Shown here: positions 18,540-27,846 of the stretch, piece after piece
Position numbering within the stretch: the stretch's first letter is position 1
How the letters are laid out: every line of letters begins with the position of its first letter
Source of the DNA: Flavobacteria bacterium RIFCSPLOWO2_12_FULL_35_11
GTDB taxonomy: Bacteria; Bacteroidota; Bacteroidia; Flavobacteriales; Flavobacteriaceae
Length of the DNA stretch: 64,000 nucleotides
Reading direction: 5' to 3'
Assembly: GCA_001800975.1 (NCBI GenBank)
Contig: MGWK01000032.1
Location: 1,966 to 65,965, forward strand
Notes under the pieces: generated by a model
Seen by the model: only the letters and a program-made list of their open reading frames with translations
What the model was told of the DNA's origin: nothing
Databases searched by the model: none
Program-made: the position numbers and the translations under genes

Positions 18540-19226
18540 TTAATAACCTTCAGAGATATTTTTAAGTGCATTTTTATTTAATATTTTAATTTTTTTGCCA
18601 AGCAAATCAATCACGCCATCTTTTTTCAAGTTGGATAATAGCCGTATGGCAGATTCAGTGGCCGTACCAATGGTATTTGCAATTTCTTCTCTTGTTAAAA
18701 TAACGTCTATACAATCTTCATTGTCAATACCGAATATTTCTTCCAAACTTAATAAAGTTTCCGCTAACCTGTCCTTAACCGGTTTTTGAGCCATTTGTGA
18801 AATAGAAGTATTCGCATGACTTAATTGAAGCGATATGTTTTTTATTAAATTTAAAGAAAATTGAGGATTGTCTCTGATGGATTCTAGAATGTCACCTTTA
18901 GGAATAAAACAAACGCGCATATCTTCCAATGCCGTTGCATTCAATCCAACGGGTTCTTCACTTAAAATAGAACGGTGTCCTAAAATATCACCGCCTTTTA
19001 CAAATTTTATGATTTGTTCTTTTCCGTTTGTATTCAGTTTAGTCAATTTACATTTGCCATCTTGAATACAATATAATCCGTTGATAGAATTACCTTCAGT
19101 CATTATATTTTCACCTTTCTTAATAATAAGTGATGTCTTGTGATCTGAAAATCTTTCTAATTCGTCATGCGTTAAAGTTTTAAGAGCGTTAAAACGCTTC
19201 ATAATACAATGTGAACAATTTGACAT
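18540..19226 (-). CDS. fnr: Crp/Fnr family transcriptional regulator (Fnr-like; likely start ATG 19226)
   Basis: MSNCSHC N-terminus, cNMP-binding fold, VCFIP Cys, HTH LTREEIANTIGTATESAIRLLS; divergent from the cbb3 operon. Confidence 0.85.
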   Translation of the reverse strand: MSNCSHCIMKRFNALKTLTHDELERFSDHKTSLIIKKGENIMTEGNSINGLYCIQDGKCKLTKLNTNGKEQIIKFVKGGDILGHRSILSEEPVGLNATALEDMRVCFIPKGDILESIRDNPQFSLNLIKNISLQLSHANTSISQMAQKPVKDRLAETLLSLEEIFGIDNEDCIDVILTREEIANTIGTATESAIRLLSNLKKDGVIDLLGKKIKILNKNALKNISEGY

Positions 19227-19268
19227 ATTAAAAAAGAATTTAGTTAAGTAGTAACATTTGTAAAGGTA

Positions 19269-19276
19269 CAAAAATA
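19269..19276 (-). promoter_or_regulatory. Putative -7 promoter element of fnr
   Basis: TATTTTTG on the minus strand (TAnnTTTG Bacteroidota consensus), about 40 nt upstream of ATG 19226. Confidence 0.55.
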
Positions 19277-19277
19277 A

Positions 19278-19320
19278 ATGATAAATGTCATAATTAGGAA
19301 ATAATAAATCAATATTTTTG
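19278..19320 (+). promoter_or_regulatory. Fnr/Crp-type box plus -7 element of ccoI
   Basis: ATGAT-AAAT-GTCAT (19278-19291), 21-nt spacer, TATTTTTG (19313-19320). Confidence 0.75.
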
Positions 19321-19339
19321 CGATGAAATTGAATTTAGA

Positions 19340-21715
19340 ATGGATTTAGATAATTGTTATCATTGCGGCGCATCGTGTGGAAAAAGCCCGAAAATCTTTG
19401 ATGAGAAGCAATTTTGTTGCAATGGATGCAAAACAGTTTATGAGATATTAAGCAACAACGAGTTAGGTTGTTATTATGACTTACAATTAGCACCGGGAAC
19501 TATTCCTTCCGACATAAAAGGCAAGTATAATTATCTTGAAAATGAAGATATCATTGAAAAATTGTTGGAATTTAATGATACAGAAACTTCCGTAGTTAAA
19601 TTTTTTATACCAAGCATTCATTGCAGCTCCTGTATTTGGATTCTTGAAAATTTAACCAAATTAAATGGTGGAGTAACGACTTCCATGGTTAATTTTCCAA
19701 AAAAAACCGTACGAATCACTTTCAAAAATAAAGCAACTAACTTAAAACAATTGGCCGAATTAATGACTACAATTGGTTATGAGCCTTATATAAGTTTGGA
19801 TGATGCGGATGCAATAAAAAATAAAGTAGATAAAACGTTAATTTATCAGGTTTCAATCGCTGCTTTCTGTTTTGGAAATATTATGTTGCTGTCGTTTCCG
19901 GAATATTTTGATGCCGATGAGTTTTGGTTAGAAAAATACAAGCATGTATTTAGATGGCTCATGTTCGCCATGGCCATTCCTGTGGTTTTTTATTCTGCCA
20001 AAAATTATTTTATTTCTGCCTACAAAGGGCTTTCTCATAAAATTTTAAACATTGATGTTCCTATAGCTTTGGGAGTTTCTGTATTATTTATAAGAAGTAC
20101 TGTTGAAATTGTTTTAAATATTGGCTCAGGTTTTTTTGACAGTTTGGCGGGATTGGTTTTCTTTTTGCTTTTGGGGAAATTTTTTCAGCAAAAAACCTAC
20201 AACTTCTTGTCATTTGAACGCGACTATAAATCATATTTTCCAATAGCAGTCACAAAAATTGCGGACGGAATCGAAAAAAATATTCCTGTAAAAGATATTG
20301 AAAGGGGAGATCGCTTATTGATTAGGAATCAGGAGTTAATTCCTGTCGACGGAATTTTGATCAACGGCAATGCGTCCATTGATTATAGTTTTGTGACGGG
20401 GGAATCTTTGCCAGTAACCAAACAATCTGGCGACAAACTTTTTGCAGGCGGAAAACAAACTGCAGGCGCAATAGAAATGGAGGTTGTCAACACCATTTCG
20501 CAAAGTTATTTAACGCAATTGTGGAGCAACGATGTTTTTAATAAAACAACGGATCACACCATAAAAAACATCACTGACACTATCAGTAAATTATTCACTA
20601 TCAATATTTTAACCATTTCTTTTTTAGCCGGTATTTTTTGGTACTTTTATAATTTGTCAATGGTATTTAATGTGGTTACTGCAGTGCTCATTATTGCATG
20701 TCCCTGTGCTTTGGCATTATCGGCACCATTTGCAATCGGTAATATTTTGCGAATTTTTGGTTATAACAAGTTTTATTTGAAAAATGCCGAAACTGTTGAA
20801 AACATTGCAAAAATTAACACCATTATTTTTGATAAAACCGGCACAATAACTTCAACCGACAAGTCACATTTGATTTATAGGGGAGATACATTAAACATTG
20901 ATGAACTTAAAGCTGTTAAAAGTGTATTAAGGGCTTCAAATCATCCTTTAAGCCGATCGCTTTACGAGCATATTCAGGAAGAAGCATTGGTTGATAAACC
21001 AACTCATTTTGAAGAACTGCTTGGTAAAGGCATCCATGCAATCATAAACAATATGGAACTAAAACTTGGCTCGGCCAGTTTTGTTGGCGCAACTTCTTCT
21101 GAAACGAATGAAACGGCAATTCATGTAAAAATAAATAATGAGTACAAAGGAAGTTATATCTTCAAAAACAGCTACAGAGAAGGAACAAAGCACATTTTTG
21201 AAACGCTTTCAAAAAAATATAAATTGGTAATTCTTTCCGGGGATAACGATGGCGAAAAATCATATTTGGAAAAATTATTGCCAAAAAACACCATTTTTCA
21301 ATTTAACCAGAAACCTGAAAACAAATTGGAATATATTAAAAAATTGCAGCAAAACGGAGAGAAAGTAATGATGGTAGGCGATGGTCTTAATGATGCAGGC
21401 GCTTTGGCACAAAGTAATGTTGGAATTGTAATCTCTGAAAATGTAAATGTATTTTCACCTGCCTGTGATGGAATTCTGGATGCGAAATTTTTTAACAATT
21501 TACCAAAGTTGTTAACTATATCAGCTAAAACCATAAGGATTATTAAGACAAGTTTTATCTTAGCTTTTTGTTATAATGTTATAGGAATGTATTTTGCCTT
21601 AACAGGTGCTTTAACCCCAATAATTGCTGCCATTTTAATGCCTGTAAGTTCAATAAGCATTGTAATTTTCGTGACAATTATGACAAATTTAGTTTCAAAA
21701 AAATATTTGAAATAA
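19340..21715 (+). CDS. ccoI: Cu-translocating P1B-type ATPase CcoI/FixI
   Basis: N-terminal CYHC..FCCNGC domain, HMA IHCSSC, TGES, IACPC, DKTGT, SNHPL and GDGLNDA motifs. Confidence 0.93.
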   Translation: MDLDNCYHCGASCGKSPKIFDEKQFCCNGCKTVYEILSNNELGCYYDLQLAPGTIPSDIKGKYNYLENEDIIEKLLEFNDTETSVVKFFIPSIHCSSCIWILENLTKLNGGVTTSMVNFPKKTVRITFKNKATNLKQLAELMTTIGYEPYISLDDADAIKNKVDKTLIYQVSIAAFCFGNIMLLSFPEYFDADEFWLEKYKHVFRWLMFAMAIPVVFYSAKNYFISAYKGLSHKILNIDVPIALGVSVLFIRSTVEIVLNIGSGFFDSLAGLVFFLLLGKFFQQKTYNFLSFERDYKSYFPIAVTKIADGIEKNIPVKDIERGDRLLIRNQELIPVDGILINGNASIDYSFVTGESLPVTKQSGDKLFAGGKQTAGAIEMEVVNTISQSYLTQLWSNDVFNKTTDHTIKNITDTISKLFTINILTISFLAGIFWYFYNLSMVFNVVTAVLIIACPCALALSAPFAIGNILRIFGYNKFYLKNAETVENIAKINTIIFDKTGTITSTDKSHLIYRGDTLNIDELKAVKSVLRASNHPLSRSLYEHIQEEALVDKPTHFEELLGKGIHAIINNMELKLGSASFVGATSSETNETAIHVKINNEYKGSYIFKNSYREGTKHIFETLSKKYKLVILSGDNDGEKSYLEKLLPKNTIFQFNQKPENKLEYIKKLQQNGEKVMMVGDGLNDAGALAQSNVGIVISENVNVFSPACDGILDAKFFNNLPKLLTISAKTIRIIKTSFILAFCYNVIGMYFALTGALTPIIAAILMPVSSISIVIFVTIMTNLVSKKYLK

Positions 21716-21746
21716 TTTTATTAAATAGTAAAATCTGTAAGCTTAA

Positions 21747-21789
21747 GTGACAATTATCATTTTTTTTTATGGTGGAAAATATATATTTG
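21747..21789 (+). promoter_or_regulatory. Fnr/Crp-type box plus -7 element of ccoS-NOQP
   Basis: GTGAC-AATT-ATCAT (21747-21760), 21-nt spacer, TATATTTG (21782-21789). Confidence 0.75.
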
Positions 21790-21815
21790 TTTTTAAATTA
21801 TTATTAACCAAAAAA

Positions 21816-22028
21816 ATGGAAGTACTTTATATAACAATAGGCGTAAGCATTATTGTTGCCTTAATTTTTTTCTTTGCATTTATTAAATCAGTTAAGTCTG
21901 GGCAGTATGATGACACCTATACGCCTTCAGTCCGTATGCTGTTTGATGATGAACTGGTTATTGTTAAGAAAAAGGAAGATAAAGAATCAACAAGCAATCA
22001 AAATCAATCAAAAATAACTAACAATTAA
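21816..22028 (+). CDS. ccoS: cbb3 oxidase assembly protein CcoS (start ATG 21816)
   Basis: MEVLYITIGVS...SVKSGQYDD..TPSVRML motif. Confidence 0.93.
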   Translation: MEVLYITIGVSIIVALIFFFAFIKSVKSGQYDDTYTPSVRMLFDDELVIVKKKEDKESTSNQNQSKITNN

Positions 22029-22042
22029 ATAATCAAACAAGT

Positions 22043-24220
22043 ATGGAAAAAGAACAATTTTATTATGACAATAAAATCGTAAAAATGTTTCTTTGGGCCA
22101 CAATTCTTTGGGGAATTGTAGGGATGTTGGTAGGGCTGACGGTTGCGCTGCTTTTTATATACCCGGGTTTATTGGAATTTGCGGGATCGGGTGATGCCAT
22201 TTCATGGTTAAGCTTTGGCCGTTTAAGACCGCTGCATACAAATGCAGTAATTTTTGCTTTTGTGGGCAACGGAATTTTTTTAGGAGTTTATTATTCTACC
22301 CAAAGATTGCTTAAAGCGAGAATGTTTAACGAAGTTTTAAGCAGAATTCATTTTTGGGGCTGGCAGGCAATTATTGTTGCAGCTGCAATTACATTGCCTT
22401 TAGGGTTAACATCCTCTAAAGAGTACGCAGAATTAGAATGGCCAATAGATATTGCCGTTGTTGTAATTTGGGTGGTGTTTGGAATTAATTTAATCGGAAC
22501 GATATTAAAAAGAAGGCAACGCCATATTTACGTGGCAATTTGGTTTTATATAGCAACCTTAGTTACCATTGCGGTACTTTATATATTTAACAATTTAGAA
22601 ATGCCTGTATCCGCATTCAAAAGCTACTCGGTTTATTCGGGTGTGCAAGATGCGCTTGTTCAGTGGTGGTATGGACATAATGCAGTGGCATTTTTCTTAA
22701 CCACACCAGTATTGGGATTAATGTATTATTTTGTTCCAAAAGTGGCAAACAGGCCGGTTTATTCTTATCGATTGTCCATTATTCACTTCTGGACTTTGAT
22801 ATTTTTGTACATCTGGGCAGGTCCTCACCATTTATTATATACGGCTTTACCGGAATGGGCCCAAAACTTGGGAACTGTTTTCTCAATAATGTTGATTTTC
22901 CCATCTTGGGGAGGTATGATTAACGGACTGTTAACCTTGCGAGGTGCTTGGGATAAAGTTCGTGAAAATCCGGTATTGAAATTCTTTGTGGTTGCAATTA
23001 CTGGTTACGGTATGGCAACTTTTGAAGGACCAATGTTGTCGTTTAAAAATGTAAACGCAATTGGCCACTATACCGATTGGATAGTTGGTCACGTACATAT
23101 CGGCGCTTTGGCCTGGAATGGTTTTATGGTGGCAGGTATTGTTTATTGGCTGGCTGAAAAACTTTGGAAAACAGAATTGTACTCAAAAAAATTAGCCAAT
23201 ACGCATTTCTGGCTAGGTACTTTGGGCATACTATTTTATGCAATTCCGTTATATGTGGCTGGGTTTACCCAAGCATTTATGTGGAAACAGTTTAATCCGG
23301 ATGGTACTTTAGTTTACGGGAACTTTTTAGAAACAGTGACCCAAATTTTACCGATGTATATGATGCGTGCCATTGGAGGCACTTTATACTTAACCGGTTT
23401 TATTTTATTGGCAATTAACGTCATTAAAACAGCCAGAGCAGGTTCTCCTGTTGAGGATGAATTGGCTGAAGCGGCGCCATTGAAAAAAATTAGCGGACAA
23501 AGAATTGCCGGGGAAGGATGGCATACTTGGTTAGAAAGAAGAACTGTATTGTTCACCATCTTAACCACAATTGCCATTTTAATTGGCGGTTTGGTTGAAC
23601 TTGTGCCTTTAATGTTGGTGAAATCAAACGTTCCTACAATTGCAAGCGTAAAACCATATACTCCTTTGGAATTGGAAGGAAGAGATATTTATATTCGTGA
23701 GGGATGCAACAATTGCCATTCTCAAATGATCCGTCCTTTCCGTTCAGAAGTTGAACGTTATGGAGAATATTCAAAAGCAGGTGAGTTTGTTTACGATTTC
23801 CCATTCTTGTGGGGTTCAAGAAGAACAGGGCCGGATGTGCATAGAGTTGGAGGAAAATACAATGACAATTGGCACTTTAACCATATGTCCGATCCACGTT
23901 CCACATCACCGGGCTCAATTATGCCACGTTATTCTTGGTTAATTAAAAACGATATGAATGCCTCAAATTTGGAAAGTAAAATGAAAGGATTGGTAACATT
24001 GGGTGTTCCTTATACTGCTGAAGAAATTACTGGCGCCAAACAAAAATTGATGGAGCAGGCAAAATTAATTGAAGGCAATTTAAGACAAGATCCCGAATTT
24101 GTAAAAAATTATGGATCAAGCAATATTCAGAATAAGGAAATTGTTGCGCTTATAGCTTATTTACAGCGTTTAGGCACTGATATTAAAGCGAATACAAAAA
24201 CGGCACTAAAAAATAATTAA
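22043..24220 (+). CDS. ccoN: cbb3-type cytochrome c oxidase fused subunit I/II (CcoNO)
   Basis: RPLHTNAVIF, WWYGHNAV, GPHH and GHVH ligands; C-terminal CcoO with EGCNNCHSQ and GSRRTGPD. Confidence 0.97.
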   Translation: MEKEQFYYDNKIVKMFLWATILWGIVGMLVGLTVALLFIYPGLLEFAGSGDAISWLSFGRLRPLHTNAVIFAFVGNGIFLGVYYSTQRLLKARMFNEVLSRIHFWGWQAIIVAAAITLPLGLTSSKEYAELEWPIDIAVVVIWVVFGINLIGTILKRRQRHIYVAIWFYIATLVTIAVLYIFNNLEMPVSAFKSYSVYSGVQDALVQWWYGHNAVAFFLTTPVLGLMYYFVPKVANRPVYSYRLSIIHFWTLIFLYIWAGPHHLLYTALPEWAQNLGTVFSIMLIFPSWGGMINGLLTLRGAWDKVRENPVLKFFVVAITGYGMATFEGPMLSFKNVNAIGHYTDWIVGHVHIGALAWNGFMVAGIVYWLAEKLWKTELYSKKLANTHFWLGTLGILFYAIPLYVAGFTQAFMWKQFNPDGTLVYGNFLETVTQILPMYMMRAIGGTLYLTGFILLAINVIKTARAGSPVEDELAEAAPLKKISGQRIAGEGWHTWLERRTVLFTILTTIAILIGGLVELVPLMLVKSNVPTIASVKPYTPLELEGRDIYIREGCNNCHSQMIRPFRSEVERYGEYSKAGEFVYDFPFLWGSRRTGPDVHRVGGKYNDNWHFNHMSDPRSTSPGSIMPRYSWLIKNDMNASNLESKMKGLVTLGVPYTAEEITGAKQKLMEQAKLIEGNLRQDPEFVKNYGSSNIQNKEIVALIAYLQRLGTDIKANTKTALKNN

Positions 24221-24221
24221 T

Positions 24222-24419
24222 ATGTTAAAATTTATATCACATAATTTTGATGGAATGAACGGAATTGAAATTTACCCGATCATTTCATTATTGCTGTTTT
24301 TTATAGTTTTTGTCACAATGTTAATTATTGTCATAAAAATGCCTAAAAACAGAATCGACGAATTAAGCCAATTACCATTAGATAACGACACTAACAGTAA
24401 AGAAAATAATCATGAATAA
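24222..24419 (+). CDS. ccoQ: cbb3 oxidase subunit CcoQ
   Basis: 65 aa, one TM, ..LPLD motif, located between ccoNO and ccoP. Confidence 0.85.
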   Translation: MLKFISHNFDGMNGIEIYPIISLLLFFIVFVTMLIIVIKMPKNRIDELSQLPLDNDTNSKENNHE

Positions 24420-25056
24420 GAATTCAGAAAAGATATCGGGCTGGAAAAGATTTATGAAATCTATGACCAAAGCTCACGATTTAGGAACCGAAGAAGATAT
24501 CATGCTCGATCACGATTATGATGGCATTAAGGAACTTGACAATGTTTTGCCGCCTTGGTGGCTGGCAGGTTTTTATATAACCATCGCCATCAGTATTTTT
24601 TATATTATTATGGCGGTAGGTTTCAATAAATACAATCAGGATGATGAGCTAAACGATGAAATGACTGCTGCAAAAGAAGAAATTGAAGCCTATAAAGCTG
24701 CAAATCCACAATTATTTGATGATGCAAACATTGTTGCTTATACAGATGCCGAAAATTTGGCAAAAGGAAAAGAACTGTTTACCACCAAAACTTGTGTTGT
24801 ATGCCATATAGCGGATTTAGGCGGAAGTATTGGCCCGAATTTAACAGACAATCGTTGGATTTTAGGAGGAGATGTTAAAAGTATTTTTAATACCTTAACA
24901 AACGGAGGAAGGCCAGGGAAAGGAATGATCGCTTGGGAAAGTACCATCACAAGAGAAGAAAGAATACTATTGGCAAGTTATATTATCTCCATGCAGGGAA
25001 CAAAGCCTGCGGCTCCAAAAGAGGCGCAAGGAGATATTATTTGGCCTGCAGAATAA
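24412..25056 (+). CDS. ccoP: cbb3 oxidase subunit III CcoP (mono-haem)
   Basis: DHDYDGIKELDNVLPPWW; single CVVCH; GPNLTD; GM.AW motifs. Confidence 0.92.
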   Translation: MNKNSEKISGWKRFMKSMTKAHDLGTEEDIMLDHDYDGIKELDNVLPPWWLAGFYITIAISIFYIIMAVGFNKYNQDDELNDEMTAAKEEIEAYKAANPQLFDDANIVAYTDAENLAKGKELFTTKTCVVCHIADLGGSIGPNLTDNRWILGGDVKSIFNTLTNGGRPGKGMIAWESTITREERILLASYIISMQGTKPAAPKEAQGDIIWPAE

Positions 25057-25066
25057 TAAAGAGAAT

Positions 25067-25118
25067 TCATATTAAAAAACAAAAACCCTCTTTTGAGGGT
25101 TTTTGTTTTTTAATATGA
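25067..25118 (+). terminator. Strong hairpin terminator between ccoP and ccoG
   Basis: 24-bp perfect stem TCATATTAAAAAACAAAAACCCTC-TTTT-GAGGGTTTTTGTTTTTTAATATGA. Confidence 0.8.
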
Positions 25119-25235
25119 TTGGTTAATAATAGCCAATTTTTTATTTTTTTTGTCGTCTTTGTAACCAAGTGGTTGATTAATTAATCTTAAATTTACAAAT
25201 TGATAGAAAATAGAGAATTGCCTTTTAAACTTAGC

Positions 25236-26651
25236 ATGAAAACAGAAAATAAAGAGAGATTTAGAGATTCCATTGGAACAATAGATGAAAGCGGAAAGCG
25301 AAATTTTATTTTTCCAAAGAAACCAAAAGGAAAATTATACAATTATAGAACAATCGTAAGCTGGGTGCTTTTGGCATTTATGTTTGCGGCGCCTTTTATT
25401 AAAATAAACGGAAATCAGTTTTTGCTTTTTAATGTTATTGAACGCAAATTTCATATTTTCGGATTCCCTTTTTGGCCGCAAGATTTTCACTTGCTGGTAA
25501 TTTCAATGCTTGTAAGCGTTGTGTTTATTATATTATTTACGGTGGTTTTTGGCCGAATATTTTGTGGATGGATTTGTCCGCAAACTATTTTTATGGAAAT
25601 GATTTTCAGAAAAATAGAATATTTAATTGATGGAGACAGAACCAAACAAATTAAACTGGAAAAACAAGCTTGGAATGGAGAAAAAATTAGGAAACGCGTC
25701 ACAAAATGGATTGCTTTTTTTCTAATATCATTTATAATTGCAAATGTTTTCTTTGCTTACATTATTGGCAGCGATGTTTTAATTGAACATATCACCGATG
25801 GCCCTTTTAACCATATAGGAACCTTAATTAAATTGTTGGTTTTTACCTTGGTATTCTATTTTGTATTCGCTTGGTTTAGGGAACAAGTTTGCATTATTGT
25901 TTGTCCCTATGGCCGATTACAAGGTGTTCTTTTAGACAATAAGTCCATTAATGTAGCCTATGATTTTGTTAGGGGAGAAGGCGAAAAAGGCAGAAAACCG
26001 GTGCGTAAAGGTGAAAATAGAGATGAATCCGGTTATGGTGATTGTGTAGAATGTATGCAATGCGTTCAGGTTTGTCCAACGGGAATTGACATTAGAAATG
26101 GCACGCAATTGGAATGTATTAATTGCACAGCCTGTATTGATGCTTGCGATGAAATAATGGACACTGTAGGTTTTGAAAGAGGCTTGATTCGTTACGCTTC
26201 CGAAGACAATATAGAAAAGAAGGAAAAATTAAAATTTAATGCGCGTTTAATTGCTTATTCTACCTTATTGACCATATTGGTTGGCGTACTTATTACAATG
26301 ATATTTTTAAGAAATGATGTAGAAGCCACCATTTTAAGATTGCCTGGCCAAATTTTTCAAACTACGGAAACTACCGTAAAAAATGTTTATACGTTTAAAT
26401 TGATAAATAAAACCACTGAAAATATTGAGGACATTGAATTTAAATTAATTTCCCATAAAGGAGCAATAGAATTGATAGGCGGACTTTCCAAAGTCGAAAA
26501 ACAAGGATTAAAGGAAGGCACATTATTTATTGAAATTGATAAAAAAGATTTAAATTCGTCAAATGAAAAATTGAAAGTTGGGGTGTATTCACAAGGAAAA
26601 TTAATTGAAAAAACCACCACCACTTTTGCTGGACCAATAAAAATTGATTAA
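25236..26651 (+). CDS. ccoG: Cytochrome c oxidase accessory ferredoxin CcoG/FixG (TTG 25200 is an alternative start)
   Basis: GRIFCGWICPQT, CIIVCPYGRLQ, CVECMQCVQVCPTGIDIR and CINCTACIDAC motifs. Confidence 0.95.
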   Translation: MKTENKERFRDSIGTIDESGKRNFIFPKKPKGKLYNYRTIVSWVLLAFMFAAPFIKINGNQFLLFNVIERKFHIFGFPFWPQDFHLLVISMLVSVVFIILFTVVFGRIFCGWICPQTIFMEMIFRKIEYLIDGDRTKQIKLEKQAWNGEKIRKRVTKWIAFFLISFIIANVFFAYIIGSDVLIEHITDGPFNHIGTLIKLLVFTLVFYFVFAWFREQVCIIVCPYGRLQGVLLDNKSINVAYDFVRGEGEKGRKPVRKGENRDESGYGDCVECMQCVQVCPTGIDIRNGTQLECINCTACIDACDEIMDTVGFERGLIRYASEDNIEKKEKLKFNARLIAYSTLLTILVGVLITMIFLRNDVEATILRLPGQIFQTTETTVKNVYTFKLINKTTENIEDIEFKLISHKGAIELIGGLSKVEKQGLKEGTLFIEIDKKDLNSSNEKLKVGVYSQGKLIEKTTTTFAGPIKID

Positions 26652-27104
26652 ATGAAGTTTAAAATTAGCTGGCCAACAGGCATTATTATTGCAATGTCGG
26701 CATTCATCATATTTATACTGTCTTTTGTTTACAAGGCCACTTTTATGCCTCAATATGACCATCATTTAGTTTCTGATGATTATTATAAAGACGAATTGAA
26801 TTACCAACAGGAAATTGATAAATTGAATAAAGCGGCAACATTGAAGAAAGACGTTACGTTAACTAAAGTGGCTGAAGGTTTGTTAATTAAGTTTCCGACT
26901 GAATTTGATCCCGAAAAAATAACGGGAACAATTTCATTTCAACGACCTTCTAACGATAAAATTGATTTTGAACTTCCCATAAAATTAATAACTGCCGACT
27001 ATTTAATATCAGATGATAATTTGGTGCAAGGAATTTGGAATGTGAAAATTGAATGGGTTATTAACGGCACCACTTATTTATTTAAGGAGAAATTAATGTA
27101 TTAA
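26652..27104 (+). CDS. fixH: FixH/CcoH family protein
   Basis: W..GI......F.......DLV..DYY..EL.YQ..ID pattern; position in the cco operon. Confidence 0.88.
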   Translation: MKFKISWPTGIIIAMSAFIIFILSFVYKATFMPQYDHHLVSDDYYKDELNYQQEIDKLNKAATLKKDVTLTKVAEGLLIKFPTEFDPEKITGTISFQRPSNDKIDFELPIKLITADYLISDDNLVQGIWNVKIEWVINGTTYLFKEKLMY

Positions 27105-27105
27105 T

Positions 27106-27846
27106 ATGCTTTGGACTGCACTTATTTTAGGTTTGGCGGGCGGATTTCACTGTATTGGAATGTGCGGACCAATTGCGTTCATAATTCCGGTTAACAGGTC
27201 CTCAAATACCTCGTTAATTTTTCAAACCTTTTTATATCATTTTGGCAGGTTGTTGAGTTATTCATTAATAGGATTGCTTTTTGGTTTTATAGGAAAAGGG
27301 TTGTATTTGGCAGGTTTTCAACAACGTTTGTCAATTTTAATGGGTGTTATAATGATTGTTACCATTTTAATGCCTGTTTCAGTCTTTAACAAATACAATT
27401 TTTCAAAACCGCTATATAAAATTATTGCTCGGGTTAAATACAATCTCGGAATTTATCTTAACAAAAAATCGAACAAAGCCTTATTTTCAATCGGTTTTTT
27501 TAACGGTCTTTTACCTTGCGGCTTGGTGTATATCGCTGTAATTGGTTCAATTTCAACCGGCAACGCTGTTCAGGGCGCTTTATATATGGCTTTATTTGGT
27601 GTGGGAACGATTCCGATGATGACCGCAGCGGTGTTATTGGGAAATTTTGTAAGTGTATCCTTGCGTGCTAAATTTCAAAAAATTATCCCTGTTTTTGTTA
27701 TTATAATCGGATTATTATTTATTTTGCGAGGACTGGGATTGGGAATTCCATATTTTTCACCTTCTGATGCAAAATTACAGCCAGCAAGTGACCCGGAAAT
27801 TTGTTTAACTTTTGAAAAAATAGACTATAATGCAAGAATCTCCTAA
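27106..27846 (+). CDS. DsbD_2 / TauE-SafE-like membrane protein (cbb3 maturation)
   Basis: GGFHCIGMCGPIA and GLLPCGLVY..FG.GTIP motifs. Confidence 0.88.
   Translation: MLWTALILGLAGGFHCIGMCGPIAFIIPVNRSSNTSLIFQTFLYHFGRLLSYSLIGLLFGFIGKGLYLAGFQQRLSILMGVIMIVTILMPVSVFNKYNFSKPLYKIIARVKYNLGIYLNKKSNKALFSIGFFNGLLPCGLVYIAVIGSISTGNAVQGALYMALFGVGTIPMMTAAVLLGNFVSVSLRAKFQKIIPVFVIIIGLLFILRGLGLGIPYFSPSDAKLQPASDPEICLTFEKIDYNARIS

Noticed and set aside
21747-21815. N-terminal extension of CcoS in the ORF track
   Set aside because: This stretch contains the regulatory box and -7 element; the family-typical start is ATG 21816.
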